This document shows, piece by piece, positions 1 through 10,552 of a DNA stretch of 64,000 nt; within the stretch, counting starts at the first letter, position 1; each line of letters starts with the position of its first letter. Source of the stretch: an uncultured Gammaproteobacteria bacterium (GTDB taxonomy: Bacteria; Patescibacteriota; Microgenomatia; UBA12405). The notes beneath the pieces were generated by a model, which worked only from the letters and a program-made list of their open reading frames with translations, was not told the DNA's origin and searched no databases. The position numbers were made by a program, and so were the translations under genes. The stretch spans positions 405,898-469,897 of the forward strand of contig CAZCYZ010000001.1 in NCBI GenBank assembly GCA_964503465.1. The letters are read 5' to 3'.

Positions 1-1
1 T

Positions 2-1252
2 GACATTGTAATTGCCATTTCTATCCTCGTTTGGCTTAGTTATCAAATTGGCCATAAATTACCCGTCTTAAAGCAAAAAATAACTTGGTTTTTTATTATC
101 TACTTTCTTTGCTTAACAACCTCAACTATTACTGCTGTCCTTGTTTACCAAACAGAGCCAACCAACATTCTCTTTCTCCATCTCTTTCGCCGTTTCCAGT
201 ACACCTCACTATTCTTCATTGCCTGCCAGGCCATCAAAAATCTTAAAGATTTAAAGTTCCCATACATTTTTCTTCTTATTAGCTCAATCTTCATCTCTTT
301 TTACGGCTATGGTCAAAAATATTTTCACTTTCCGGTCATTTCTACTATGAACTCCGAGTTCTCTAAGGGTCAGTTGCTTGAAATGAATGTTTGGACTCGT
401 GTTAGCTCGACCTTTGCTGGACACTATGATTTAGCCGCTTTCTACAGTGTTGCCCTAGTTTTAATCCTTGGAATTATTATCATTCAAAAAAACAACCTTC
501 ACAAAGCTTTAGGGTTAATCATTTGGTTTATCGGTTTTCAGATCCTCACTTTTACCGCTTCCCGAATTTCTATCTTTGCTTTCTGGGGTGGGGGAATGTT
601 ACTTCTCCTACTTCTTCGTCGATATCTTTTAATCATCCCTCTATCGATCTTGGTTATCAGTAGCTTTCTAACATCCAAAGATCTAAACCAAAGATTAATC
701 GCCACCATTGGCAGTGTTCATCTTCCCAATATCAACACTACCAAATCCACCAACCCAACCGCCGTTCCTACTGCGCAGATCTTTCCCACTCAAACTACCG
801 GCGGTAAGTTAGTTACTCCCATTCCCACTGTCGTTCATCATGGTCCATTGGAAGAAACCACCCCCATCGACGTCGATGCCGGTGTTGCTCGTTCAGGCGA
901 AATTCGTTTTAATGTTGAGTGGCCTCGTGCCATCAATGCTTTCCGTAAAAATCCACTAAGTGGCAGTGGACTGGGCTCAATCACTCTAGCCACCGACAAT
1001 GACTACCTTCGTGTCCTGGGAGAATCAGGCCTTGTTGGCTTTATTTCTTTTGGCATGATCATTTTCTTTTTTATTGTAAAGTCATTCCCCCTGAAACATA
1101 ACTTAACCATTATTTTCTTCTGCGGCCTCCTGACTATGTTGGCCAACGCTATTTTTATTGATGTTTTTGAGGCCTCAAAAACCGCTTATCTATTCTGGTT
1201 AATGATGGGCATCTACTATCAGATTCTTCAACTGAAATCCTCAAAATCATGA
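2..1252 (+). CDS. O-antigen ligase / Wzy-like polytopic membrane protein, 5' end truncated by the window edge
   Basis: The reading frame is open from the window start into ORF 347..1252. The protein is multi-pass hydrophobic. The motif NPLSGSGLGS...DNDYLRVLGESGLVG resembles the Wzy_C/O-antigen ligase loop. There is an internal P/T-rich linker. Confidence 0.5.
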   Translation, partial: DIVIAISILVWLSYQIGHKLPVLKQKITWFFIIYFLCLTTSTITAVLVYQTEPTNILFLHLFRRFQYTSLFFIACQAIKNLKDLKFPYIFLLISSIFISFYGYGQKYFHFPVISTMNSEFSKGQLLEMNVWTRVSSTFAGHYDLAAFYSVALVLILGIIIIQKNNLHKALGLIIWFIGFQILTFTASRISIFAFWGGGMLLLLLLRRYLLIIPLSILVISSFLTSKDLNQRLIATIGSVHLPNINTTKSTNPTAVPTAQIFPTQTTGGKLVTPIPTVVHHGPLEETTPIDVDAGVARSGEIRFNVEWPRAINAFRKNPLSGSGLGSITLATDNDYLRVLGESGLVGFISFGMIIFFFIVKSFPLKHNLTIIFFCGLLTMLANAIFIDVFEASKTAYLFWLMMGIYYQILQLKSSKS

Positions 1253-2718
1253 CCTTAACTCAAAAAACTTTTCTTACAATTATTTTTCTCTTTGGTTTTT
1301 TCGTCCGCCTGTACAAAATCAATAATCCCATTGCCGATTGGCATTCCCACCGTCAAGCCGACACTGCTTCCGTTACCAACAACTTCCTCTCCTCTGGAAT
1401 CGATCTTTTTCGCCCTACCTATCACGACCTCTCCAATATCCAATCAGGCATTGATAATCCTTACGGTTATCGTTTTGTTGAATTTCCAATCTATAACCTT
1501 CTCTCATATTTCAGCGCCAAAATATTTCCATTCACCCCAGAAATTAGCTATCGGCTAACCTCGATCCTTCTATCACTCATTAGTGCCTGGCTAGTTTTTC
1601 TAATCACCAAAAAACTTACTTCCAACGTTACCCCTGCAATCATTTCCAGCTTTATCTTCCTTTCCCTCCCCTTCAATATCTACTATTCCCGGGCCATCCT
1701 TCCCGAACCACTCGCAATTTTATTAATGCTTGCCAGTCTTTATTTTTTTTTAAACCTCAATTTCTTTACTGCCACAACCTCTCTAGCCCTTGGTCTTACT
1801 ATCAAACCATACATTGGTTTGATTCTGTTCCCTATCATTCTTACCATTATCGCTATTCACCCAAAAATCTTTTTTCAAAAAAACAAAATCATTTACCACG
1901 TTCTACTACTTTCAACCTCACTTTTACCTTTCCTTCTTTGGCGAAAATGGATGCTTAATTTCCCCGAAGGTATTCCTGCCAACAACTGGCTCCTTAATAA
2001 CAACAACGCCAGTACCTTCCCCGACTGGTACCACGGTTATCATATTGGTTTTCTCAATAAGATTGTCGCCTTTCGACCATATTGGTTTAATTGGTTGTTT
2101 TCAGAAAGACTAGCCAGACTTATTTTAGGATCTTTTGGATTAATTCCATTTTTTCTTGGTCTCGCTCTTCAGGCCAAAAATCTCCAAAAATATCTCCTTT
2201 CCCTTATCGCTGGCATCCTCCTTTATTTTGTCATCATTGCCGGCGGCAACATCCAACACGATTATTACCAATCCCTAATTAGCCCCTTCATTAGCATTAT
2301 TACTGGCCTTGGATATTATTACATTTTCAAGTTTCTTTTCAAAAACAAAATTTTTGCTACTTTGTCAGCCCTAACCATTTTCTCCCTTTCTACCTATTTT
2401 TCAGCTAATCTCATCAAAGAATATTACAACATAAATAACCCAAACATTATCACTGCTGGCCAAACAGCTGACAAGCTCCTACCCAAAAATGCTTTAGTAA
2501 TCGCTCCATATAATGGCGATACAGCCTTCTTGTACCAAATTCATCGCTCCGGCTGGCCACTCGAAATCTACGATCTTGATAGTCTAAAATCAAAACATCC
2601 AAAAAACCCTATCTACCTAGTGTCAATCAACAATGACACCTATACCAACAACCTTGTCCAGAAATATCCCAGCCTAACTAAAACTAACCAACTTATAATC
2701 CTAGAAATAACCAAGTGA
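1249..2718 (+). CDS. GT-C fold glycosyltransferase, family 39/83-like (ArnT/PMT-like)
   Basis: 489 aa polytopic membrane protein with an N-terminal WHSHRQADTA-type loop typical of ArnT/PMT_2 enzymes. Overlaps the upstream gene by 4 nt. Confidence 0.55.
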   Translation: MTLTQKTFLTIIFLFGFFVRLYKINNPIADWHSHRQADTASVTNNFLSSGIDLFRPTYHDLSNIQSGIDNPYGYRFVEFPIYNLLSYFSAKIFPFTPEISYRLTSILLSLISAWLVFLITKKLTSNVTPAIISSFIFLSLPFNIYYSRAILPEPLAILLMLASLYFFLNLNFFTATTSLALGLTIKPYIGLILFPIILTIIAIHPKIFFQKNKIIYHVLLLSTSLLPFLLWRKWMLNFPEGIPANNWLLNNNNASTFPDWYHGYHIGFLNKIVAFRPYWFNWLFSERLARLILGSFGLIPFFLGLALQAKNLQKYLLSLIAGILLYFVIIAGGNIQHDYYQSLISPFISIITGLGYYYIFKFLFKNKIFATLSALTIFSLSTYFSANLIKEYYNINNPNIITAGQTADKLLPKNALVIAPYNGDTAFLYQIHRSGWPLEIYDLDSLKSKHPKNPIYLVSINNDTYTNNLVQKYPSLTKTNQLIILEITK

Positions 2719-3920
2719 CCAAAAGAAAAATATTAATGATCACCCCCTACATACCCAGATTATCCCAATCTGGTGGTCAGAGGAGTTCGTTCTATTCCAT
2801 AAAATACCTTGCCCCAAAAAATGATATTACCCTGATTTGTTTTAGCCGAGACGAAGAGGGGCTCCAGGAAGTCAAAAAATATTGCCAAAAAGTCGTCGTT
2901 GTCAAACGAGCTAAAACTTGGGATCTAAAAAAAATTATCGCTACCGCCCTTAGTCCATATCCTTTCCTGGTCGTCAATTACATCAACGAAGACTTTAAAA
3001 AAGCTATTCAAACCGAAGTTGACAGTCAAAAATTTGATTTGATTCATTGTGACTGTTTCTACCCTATGCCAAACATTCCCAAAACCCAAATTCCCGTTGT
3101 TTTAGTTGACCTCACTATTGAATATGCTGTCTACCAACACTATGTTCAAAGTCTAACCGGTTGGAAAAAAATTCTCACCCCACTTCTCTGGATTGACGTT
3201 CTTAAACTTAAATACTGGGAAACATATTACTGGAAAAATACCCATACCGTCGTGGCCTTTGGCCTCGAGGACCAAAAAATAATCTCCTCCATTACTGGCA
3301 GGAAAGATATCAAATATTTTCAAAATGGCGTTGATCAAAAATATATTGATGCCCCCCAAAAAACCAATAAATCCACCAACCCAACCATTCTTTTTGGTGT
3401 TTCTAACATGAAATGGATGCAAAACCGTGAATCAGCCCAATTAATCCTACAAAATTACTGGCCAGAAATAAAAAAACAAATCCCCAACTGCCAACTTTAT
3501 ATTGTCGGTAGGTTTGCTCCTGAATTTTTTGGCAAATACAGTAATTCCGACATCATTGTCACCGAGGCCGACATTGACGGTCAACCCCACGATCCTCAAT
3601 ACTACTATGAATATTGCTGGCTTTTATTAGCCCCCATGGGTAGTGGTGGCGGCACTCGCAATAAATTCCTAGAAGGAATGACATTTGGCCTCCCAGTTAT
3701 CACCACCTCAGAAGGCGGTATGGGCAGTATTCGCATCAAAAACTATCAAGACGCTATTGTTTGTTCTGCCCAAAAGGTCATTCCTCAAACCCTAAAACTT
3801 ATTAACAACCGTCGTCTTCGTCAACAAATTGGACGTAACGCCAGAAAACTAATTAAGACTAATTATTCATTTGAAAAATGTGTCGAAGGTCTAAATCAAA
3901 TCTATGACCAAATCGCCTAA
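2715..3920 (+). CDS. Glycosyltransferase family 4 (GT-B)
   Basis: C-terminal EGMTFGLPVITTSEGGMGS matches the E-x7-E GT4 motif. 401 aa. Confidence 0.7.
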   Translation: MTKRKILMITPYIPRLSQSGGQRSSFYSIKYLAPKNDITLICFSRDEEGLQEVKKYCQKVVVVKRAKTWDLKKIIATALSPYPFLVVNYINEDFKKAIQTEVDSQKFDLIHCDCFYPMPNIPKTQIPVVLVDLTIEYAVYQHYVQSLTGWKKILTPLLWIDVLKLKYWETYYWKNTHTVVAFGLEDQKIISSITGRKDIKYFQNGVDQKYIDAPQKTNKSTNPTILFGVSNMKWMQNRESAQLILQNYWPEIKKQIPNCQLYIVGRFAPEFFGKYSNSDIIVTEADIDGQPHDPQYYYEYCWLLLAPMGSGGGTRNKFLEGMTFGLPVITTSEGGMGSIRIKNYQDAIVCSAQKVIPQTLKLINNRRLRQQIGRNARKLIKTNYSFEKCVEGLNQIYDQIA

Positions 3921-4836
3921 CCTCTCCATTATCATCCTTTACTACAACTCAAAAGAATATCTCGATAAATGTCTAACGAGTCTGGCCAAGTCAAAACTTG
4001 GTAACTATCGCATTGAAACCGTTGTTGTTAACAATGGAGCCACCGACGGTATTGTCGCTCGGGCTGAAAGAAAATTTCAACACAATCATGTTATTCATCC
4101 TATTTTTACCTATTCACCAACCAACTTGGGTTTTTCAGCTGGCAGCAATTTTGGTCTTAAACAGACCAATCCTGAGTCTGACTATGTCCTATTTGTTAAC
4201 GACGATACCACTTTTTTCCCCAACACTATTAAAAATTTTCTTGATTTTGTCATCAAACATCCCCAGGTCGACGCCTCAACTGGCAATGTTATCCTGGCTT
4301 CAACTGGTAAACTAGCCCCCGAAACTCATCGTGGTTTTCCCACCCCGTGGAATACATTCTGGTACTTTTTTGGATTAGGTATTCCCAAACTCTTCCCTCA
4401 CCTGAAGGTCTTTCACGGCTATCTTAACGATTACAAGGATTACACCACCACTCAAAAAATAGACTGCTGCCAAGGATGCTTTTTACTTCTTAAACGAAAG
4501 GTGGGGGATACAGTTGGCTGGTGGAATGAAAAATACTTTCTTCAAGGTGAAGACCTTGATCTCTGCTACCAACTTCGTCGTCATCACTTTAATCTTTATT
4601 TTTACCCAAAAGCAAGAATTGTTCATTACCACGGAGTCAGTTCTGGTATTCAAAAAACCAAGTCAGCTGCTTCAAGGGAAACTCGTATTCGTTCGGCCAT
4701 AGCTTCTACTCAAGCTATGAGGATCTTTTATCAAGAAAATCTCATGGTCAACTACCCCAAACCACTTCACTGGCTTATTTTAACAGGGATTAAACTTTTA
4801 GAAGTTTCTCGAGTTGTCAAGGCAAAATGGCTCTAA
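3904..4836 (+). CDS. Glycosyltransferase family 2
   Basis: N-terminal LSIIILYYNSKEYLDKCL...VVVNNGATDG plus DDT and ED acidic motifs of a GT-A fold. Confidence 0.7.
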   Translation: MTKSPNLSIIILYYNSKEYLDKCLTSLAKSKLGNYRIETVVVNNGATDGIVARAERKFQHNHVIHPIFTYSPTNLGFSAGSNFGLKQTNPESDYVLFVNDDTTFFPNTIKNFLDFVIKHPQVDASTGNVILASTGKLAPETHRGFPTPWNTFWYFFGLGIPKLFPHLKVFHGYLNDYKDYTTTQKIDCCQGCFLLLKRKVGDTVGWWNEKYFLQGEDLDLCYQLRRHHFNLYFYPKARIVHYHGVSSGIQKTKSAASRETRIRSAIASTQAMRIFYQENLMVNYPKPLHWLILTGIKLLEVSRVVKAKWL

Positions 4837-5903
4837 CAAAACATATTGTTATTGATGCCCGACTTTATGGAACCAGCCACACCGGTATTGGCCGCTATAC
4901 CAAAAACCTGCTTCTCAACCTCCCCCCCCGCTTTCACTATACCCTGCTCATCTATCCCGAACTAGCCACAGAAATAAAACACGACCTGGGAACAAAATTC
5001 AGTTATCTCACTACCAACATCCGCCATTACTCCTTCACAGAACAGCTGAAGTTACCACTTCTTTTGGCGTCATTAAAACCCGATCTGGTTCATTTTACTC
5101 ACTTTAGCAAACCGATCTTTTATTTTGGTAGATCCATTGTCACTGTCCACGATCTAATTCGTCACTCTTCCAGGGGCATACACACCACTACCAAAAACCC
5201 ATTAATTTATTGGTTTAAGTACCTTGGATATCTGATTCAGTCTCAAATTATTTTTAAACGCGATCACATTATTGTCCCCAGCCACTACTGGCGCAACCAC
5301 CTCATCAATCACTACCACATCAACCCCAGCAAAATTACCACCACCCACGAGGCGGTTGATCCAAAATTTCTCTCCATCCAAAAGCCACCCACTACCAACC
5401 CAAAATCATATATTGTCTATACTGGAAACCTTTATCCTCACAAAAACCTCTCCGTCGTCCTCCAAGCTCTAAAATCTCTTCCCCATTTAAAGCTCAAAAT
5501 CATTTGCAGCCGAAGTGTCTTCAAGGAAAGAATTCACTCTCCCCAGGTTGAATTCTTAGGTTTCATCAAAGACGAACAATTCAGAAACATTTATCAATCA
5601 GCCCTAGCCCTAGTTCATCCAGCCCTAATTGAAGGCTTTAGTTTAACCGGACTTGAAGCAATGGCCCTAAACTGTCCAGTTATAGCCAGTAACTCTACTT
5701 GTATTCCCGAAATCTACGGACCGGCCGCTCTCTATTTTGACCCCCACTCACCCTCGCAACTAACAAAACAGATTAAAACCCTCATTGAATACCCTCGACT
5801 TCGACATACTCTAATTTCTTTGGGTCATCAACAAATCCAAAAATATTCCTGGGCCAAAACTGCTTCAGAAACCGCTAAAACCTATGAACAGATCCTCGCC
5901 TAA
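4827..5903 (+). CDS. Glycosyltransferase family 4
   Basis: EGFSLTGLEAMALNCPVIASN E-x7-E motif. Confidence 0.7.
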   Translation: MALTKHIVIDARLYGTSHTGIGRYTKNLLLNLPPRFHYTLLIYPELATEIKHDLGTKFSYLTTNIRHYSFTEQLKLPLLLASLKPDLVHFTHFSKPIFYFGRSIVTVHDLIRHSSRGIHTTTKNPLIYWFKYLGYLIQSQIIFKRDHIIVPSHYWRNHLINHYHINPSKITTTHEAVDPKFLSIQKPPTTNPKSYIVYTGNLYPHKNLSVVLQALKSLPHLKLKIICSRSVFKERIHSPQVEFLGFIKDEQFRNIYQSALALVHPALIEGFSLTGLEAMALNCPVIASNSTCIPEIYGPAALYFDPHSPSQLTKQIKTLIEYPRLRHTLISLGHQQIQKYSWAKTASETAKTYEQILA

Positions 5904-6966
5904 AGTCGCCATCTTTTACGACTGGCTTAATCAATGGGGCGGAGCTGAAAGAGTTTTAATCGACATTCTTAAGATCTATCCTTCCGCCCACCTTTACACT
6001 CTGGTTTTTAATCCAAAAAAAACATCTTGGTTACCATTCAGAACTAAAGTCTTTACTACCTCAATTAACCACCTTCCCCACGCCCATAGCAACCCAATTA
6101 TTTACACTCCACTCTACACCATCGCCCTCAAACGACTTGATCTATCAGCCTACGATATCATTATCTCCACCACCTCCACCATCGGTCACCAGTTAACCAC
6201 ATCAAAAAAACAATTATACGTCTGCTACTTTCACAACATCAACCGATATCTCTACTACACGCCTCCAAAATATCTGCTCCTCAAGCCATTCCTCAAAATT
6301 TATCAGCTATTAGACACCAGGCTCGCTCTCAATCCCAACCACTTACTTTGCAATTCAAAAACCGTTCAGCAAAGGATTGAGTGTCACTATCATCGCCAAG
6401 CTCAAATAATTCACCCTGGTGTTAACGTTAAAGAATTTATTCCAGTTGCACACCCATCCAATGATTACTTTTTGATAGTTTCCAGGTTGGTTACCCACAA
6501 AAATATCGATCTGGCTATCCACGCCTGCCAATCCCTCAGACTACCATTAAAAATTGTTGGTATTGGCCGTGAATCAGCACGCTTAAAAAATATTTCTACC
6601 AAAACAACCCAATTCTTAGGACAGGTTGATCATCAACAGTTAATAAATCTCTATCAAAACTGTCTTGCCTTAATTCACCCTCAGGTCGAAGACTTTGGCC
6701 TAACTTCACTCGAGGTTCAGTCGTGTGGTAAACCAGTTATTGCCCTTCGATCAGGGGGTGCCACTGAGACAGTCATTAATCGACAAACTGGTATTTTTTT
6801 TAATCATCCAACCACCCAATCACTCACCCGGGCAGTTAAAAACTTCAAATCAGCTAAATTCTCTCCCACTGCCTGCAGAAACCAGGCGATTCGGTTTTCC
6901 CAAAATAACTTTATGCTAAACTTTAAAAATACCATCGACGCCTTATGGCAAGCTCACATTTCATAG
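5884..6966 (+). CDS. Glycosyltransferase family 4
   Basis: EDFGLTSLEVQSCGKPVIALRSGGATE motif. 360 aa. Confidence 0.7.
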   Translation: MNRSSPKVAIFYDWLNQWGGAERVLIDILKIYPSAHLYTLVFNPKKTSWLPFRTKVFTTSINHLPHAHSNPIIYTPLYTIALKRLDLSAYDIIISTTSTIGHQLTTSKKQLYVCYFHNINRYLYYTPPKYLLLKPFLKIYQLLDTRLALNPNHLLCNSKTVQQRIECHYHRQAQIIHPGVNVKEFIPVAHPSNDYFLIVSRLVTHKNIDLAIHACQSLRLPLKIVGIGRESARLKNISTKTTQFLGQVDHQQLINLYQNCLALIHPQVEDFGLTSLEVQSCGKPVIALRSGGATETVINRQTGIFFNHPTTQSLTRAVKNFKSAKFSPTACRNQAIRFSQNNFMLNFKNTIDALWQAHIS

Positions 6967-7979
6967 TTATTCTTTGCGGCGGCACCGGACCTCGTCTCTG
7001 GCCACTTTCCCGTGCCGACAATCCTAAGCCCTTTCTCAAGCTACTTTCATCCCAATCTCTACTTCAAAACACCTACCGCCGAGCCCAAAAAATAGTTCCC
7101 AAAGACCACATTTTTTTTGTTACCAACCAAAGTTACGCCTCCAGAATCAAGGGGCAAATCGCCAACCCCAAACTCATTCTTGAACCTCAAAAAAAGAATA
7201 CTACCCTAGCCATCCTTCATGCTACCGCCGTCATTAAAAACATTAATCCTCAAGCCATTATCACCATCTTTCCTTCCGATCATTTCATCGGAAACCTCAA
7301 TGTTTTTAAATCCCAAATCGAAGAAGCCGTCAAACTTGCCACCGAGAAAAATCTTATCATCATCTTTGGTATCCACCCCGCCTCACCCGACTTATCTTAC
7401 GGATACTTTCTTCCCCCTCACAAATTCCTTGAAAAACCAGATCTCAAAACTGCCACCAAACTAATTTCCCAAGGTGCCTATTGGAATTCTGGTATTTACA
7501 CTTTCTCCGTCAATACAATTGAATCAGAAATCGCCCACCTTAACCCAGAGTACTTCAAACTTTATCAACAGTTACTCCAATTCAAAAACGCCAAAAATAT
7601 CTATCAAGCTTCTCCGAATCTACCTATCGACAAAGTTGTCTCTGAAAAGTCAAAAAAAATAACTATGATCAAAGCTAAATTTAACTGGAACGATATAGGT
7701 GAATGGAAATCAGTTTACCAACAAGTTGGTCAAAACTTCTCTACTCTCGGAAAAACCAAATTTCTTCAGATTGACTCAAGAAAATGTCTTCTTTCGGCCG
7801 ATCCATCAAAGCTAATCGGTCTCGTTGGGGTCAACAATCTGGCTATTATTGATACCCCCAACGCCTTATTGATTTGCAACATCGCCCAAGATGACAGCTT
7901 TCATGTCCGTGATCTGGTTTCTCAAATTGTCGCCGACCCTAAAACTAAAAACTACTTTTTAAAGTCAACCAAAAAATGA
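6945..7979 (+). CDS. Mannose-1-phosphate guanylyltransferase-like sugar nucleotidyltransferase
   Basis: N-terminal VILCGGTGPRLWPLSR...KPF nucleotidyl-transferase glycine loop. ManC/CpsB length class. Confidence 0.65.
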   Translation: MASSHFIVILCGGTGPRLWPLSRADNPKPFLKLLSSQSLLQNTYRRAQKIVPKDHIFFVTNQSYASRIKGQIANPKLILEPQKKNTTLAILHATAVIKNINPQAIITIFPSDHFIGNLNVFKSQIEEAVKLATEKNLIIIFGIHPASPDLSYGYFLPPHKFLEKPDLKTATKLISQGAYWNSGIYTFSVNTIESEIAHLNPEYFKLYQQLLQFKNAKNIYQASPNLPIDKVVSEKSKKITMIKAKFNWNDIGEWKSVYQQVGQNFSTLGKTKFLQIDSRKCLLSADPSKLIGLVGVNNLAIIDTPNALLICNIAQDDSFHVRDLVSQIVADPKTKNYFLKSTKK

Positions 7980-8626
7980 AAGACAAATCCTTCTTTCTGA
8001 TTAAAAGACTAATTGATATTGTTAGCTCTATTTTTCTCCTCGCACTCTTTTCACCTATTCTAATCATTGTCTCAATTGTCATCAAAATCACTTCAGAAGG
8101 GCCAATCTTACTTCGCCAAAAGCGAGTCGGTAACGGTGGTGAATTTATCATGTACAAGTTTCGTTCAATGTACAACGGCAACAAATACAAAAATGACATG
8201 GACGCCTTTCTCAAAGATAATTATCCCGAACTTTGGAAAAAATATATTAATAACGACTGGAAATTACCGATGGACGAGGACCCGCGTATCACTCCAATCG
8301 GCCGTTTTATCAGAAAAACCTCAATCGATGAAATGCCACAGTTTATTAATGTTCTTCTCGGTAACATGAGTCTGGTTGGCCCTCGAGCCTACCGCAAAGA
8401 AGAGATCGAAGGATACGGAAAAAAATACCCCCAAACCCAAAAACATATCGCCATTATAAGATCGAATAAACCCGGTATCACCGGACCATGGCAAACGTCT
8501 GGTCGCAACGAAATGAATTTTGAACAACGAGCCAAACTCGACGCCACTTATCTTCAGAACCATTCTTTATTACAAGAAGTCTGGATCATCCTCAAAACCC
8601 CATTTTCCATGCTTTCGCGCTGGTAA
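7976..8626 (+). CDS. Bacterial sugar transferase (polyprenyl-phosphate phosphoglycosyl transferase, WbaP/PglC-like minimal form)
   Basis: Single N-terminal TM helix, then LLRQKRVGNGGEFIMYKFRSM and DEMPQFINVLLGNMSLVGPRA, the hallmark PGT motifs. Confidence 0.75.
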   Translation: MKDKSFFLIKRLIDIVSSIFLLALFSPILIIVSIVIKITSEGPILLRQKRVGNGGEFIMYKFRSMYNGNKYKNDMDAFLKDNYPELWKKYINNDWKLPMDEDPRITPIGRFIRKTSIDEMPQFINVLLGNMSLVGPRAYRKEEIEGYGKKYPQTQKHIAIIRSNKPGITGPWQTSGRNEMNFEQRAKLDATYLQNHSLLQEVWIILKTPFSMLSRW

Positions 8627-8656
8627 CTCTTTCCAACTTATTATAAACTTTATACT

Positions 8657-10552
8657 ATGCCAAATCGTAAAGCCAAAATTATCCGTTTTTTAATTTCCTT
8701 CGTTTCAATCGTTGTTATTCTACTTACTATCGTCGGCACTCTCGGTTTTTTTACTGTCTTTATCCCAGCCAAGGCCACTTTCAATCAAGTTAAACTTGTT
8801 GAGAAAGAAGCTCAGAACCTAAAACTTGCCGTTAGCGATAAAAATATCGACCAAGTAAAAGATGAACTAACTAAAATCTCCGCCCAGGTAAAACAAATTG
8901 AGCAATCCTATCAACGTTTGTCTTTTTTAGCCAAAATACCCATCACCAAAGACTATTATCAAGACGGACTCTTGACCATTTCTATTGCCAATGACGCTCT
9001 TGATACCAGTAATATACTAATTACTGCCATTGAACCCTATAAAGATTTTCTCGGAATTAAAGGGGGTTCTACCGACAGCGGCAAAACAACTGAAGACAGA
9101 ATCGCCTTCTTAACCCAATCGGTTGAAAGTCTAATACCCCACCTTGATCAAATCGAAAAGAAAATCGCCTCAATTGATAGCTCTGTTCAAAAAATAAACC
9201 CAAGCCGATATCCGGAAGAATATAAGGGAACCCAAATCAGATCTAACATACTTAAAGCTCAAGAAATTATTAGTCAAGCCCACCTTCTTATTAAAAATGG
9301 TCAACCCATTCTGGCCAAAACCCCATGGCTTCTGGGCAAAGACGCTCCACGAACCTACTTAATGATATTTCAAAATGACGCCGAACTCCGACCCACTGGG
9401 GGATTTTGGACCGCCTATGGTTCGATTCGTGTTGATAAAGGAAAAATTACCCCTCTCTCTTCGGACGACATCTACAACCTCGATGCCAAATTTAACAGCA
9501 CCATCCCCGCACCAAGAGCCATCAAAACCTACCACATCAACGTTCCCTACTGGAACATTCGCGACATGAATATTTCACCAGATTTTCCAACCAGCATCAA
9601 ACTTTTTCTAGAAAAGTACCAACAACTCGGCAATCGCGAGAAAATTGATGCTGTCATCGGAATTGATACTCAAGTTTTGGTTGATATTGTTAAAGTAATT
9701 GGACGAGTCGGGGTGCCAGGTTGGGGTAATTTTTCAGCTGACCCAGACAAACGTTGCGACGGCTGCCCGCAAATCATCTACCAACTCGAATGGTTAGCCG
9801 GTCGTCCCCGTAATTACATCGAAAAAGACCGAAAGGGGTTCTTAAGTCCGCTAATTCACTCACTTCTTAGCAATGCCATGGGGGCAGAAAAAAGTAAGCT
9901 CACCCCATTAGTTCAAGCCATGGCTACAGACATATATCAAAAACACATACTTCTCTACTTTACCGACCCCACCGTTCAGTTAGCTGCCGAAAATGCCAAC
10001 ATAGCCGGCAAAATAGTTAACACACCCAATGAGGTGGACTATTTTCACCTGAGTCAAGCCAACATGAGCAGTGCCAAAACCAATCTTTTTTTAAAAACAA
10101 AAATTAAACACGAAATTATCTCGACTAACAATAAAATCGAACACAAGGTTAGTGTCACCTACCAAAATCCGTCAAAAGCATCGAACTGTAACCTAGAAAA
10201 AGGGGATCTGTGCCTTAACGCTCCCAAATACCGTGAATGGTTTCGATTTTTCACCCATCCTAACTCTAGCCTGGTTAAAATGACTGGTTCCGAAGTTGAA
10301 CCTGTTATCTATGATGAACTAGGGAAAAAAGTTTTCGAGGGTTTCTTTGGCGAAAAATACCCACTCTATGCTCAATCCAACCTTAAGACCTCAATTCAAT
10401 ACATCAGCGGTGTCAGTCCGAGTCAGAAATATTCACTCTACCTCCAGAAGCAACCCGGAACAAAAGCCATTGACTATGAACTAATTGTCAATGGCAAGGA
10501 ATTCGAAAAATTTAGTTGGGATGCCGACCGAACGCTCAAAATCCCGTTGTAA
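8657..10552 (+). CDS. DUF4012-like membrane-anchored protein
   Basis: N-terminal TM helix, coiled-coil region, and ELRPTGGFWTAYG motif as remembered for DUF4012. Frequently adjacent to polysaccharide clusters. Confidence 0.5.
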   Translation: MPNRKAKIIRFLISFVSIVVILLTIVGTLGFFTVFIPAKATFNQVKLVEKEAQNLKLAVSDKNIDQVKDELTKISAQVKQIEQSYQRLSFLAKIPITKDYYQDGLLTISIANDALDTSNILITAIEPYKDFLGIKGGSTDSGKTTEDRIAFLTQSVESLIPHLDQIEKKIASIDSSVQKINPSRYPEEYKGTQIRSNILKAQEIISQAHLLIKNGQPILAKTPWLLGKDAPRTYLMIFQNDAELRPTGGFWTAYGSIRVDKGKITPLSSDDIYNLDAKFNSTIPAPRAIKTYHINVPYWNIRDMNISPDFPTSIKLFLEKYQQLGNREKIDAVIGIDTQVLVDIVKVIGRVGVPGWGNFSADPDKRCDGCPQIIYQLEWLAGRPRNYIEKDRKGFLSPLIHSLLSNAMGAEKSKLTPLVQAMATDIYQKHILLYFTDPTVQLAAENANIAGKIVNTPNEVDYFHLSQANMSSAKTNLFLKTKIKHEIISTNNKIEHKVSVTYQNPSKASNCNLEKGDLCLNAPKYREWFRFFTHPNSSLVKMTGSEVEPVIYDELGKKVFEGFFGEKYPLYAQSNLKTSIQYISGVSPSQKYSLYLQKQPGTKAIDYELIVNGKEFEKFSWDADRTLKIPL

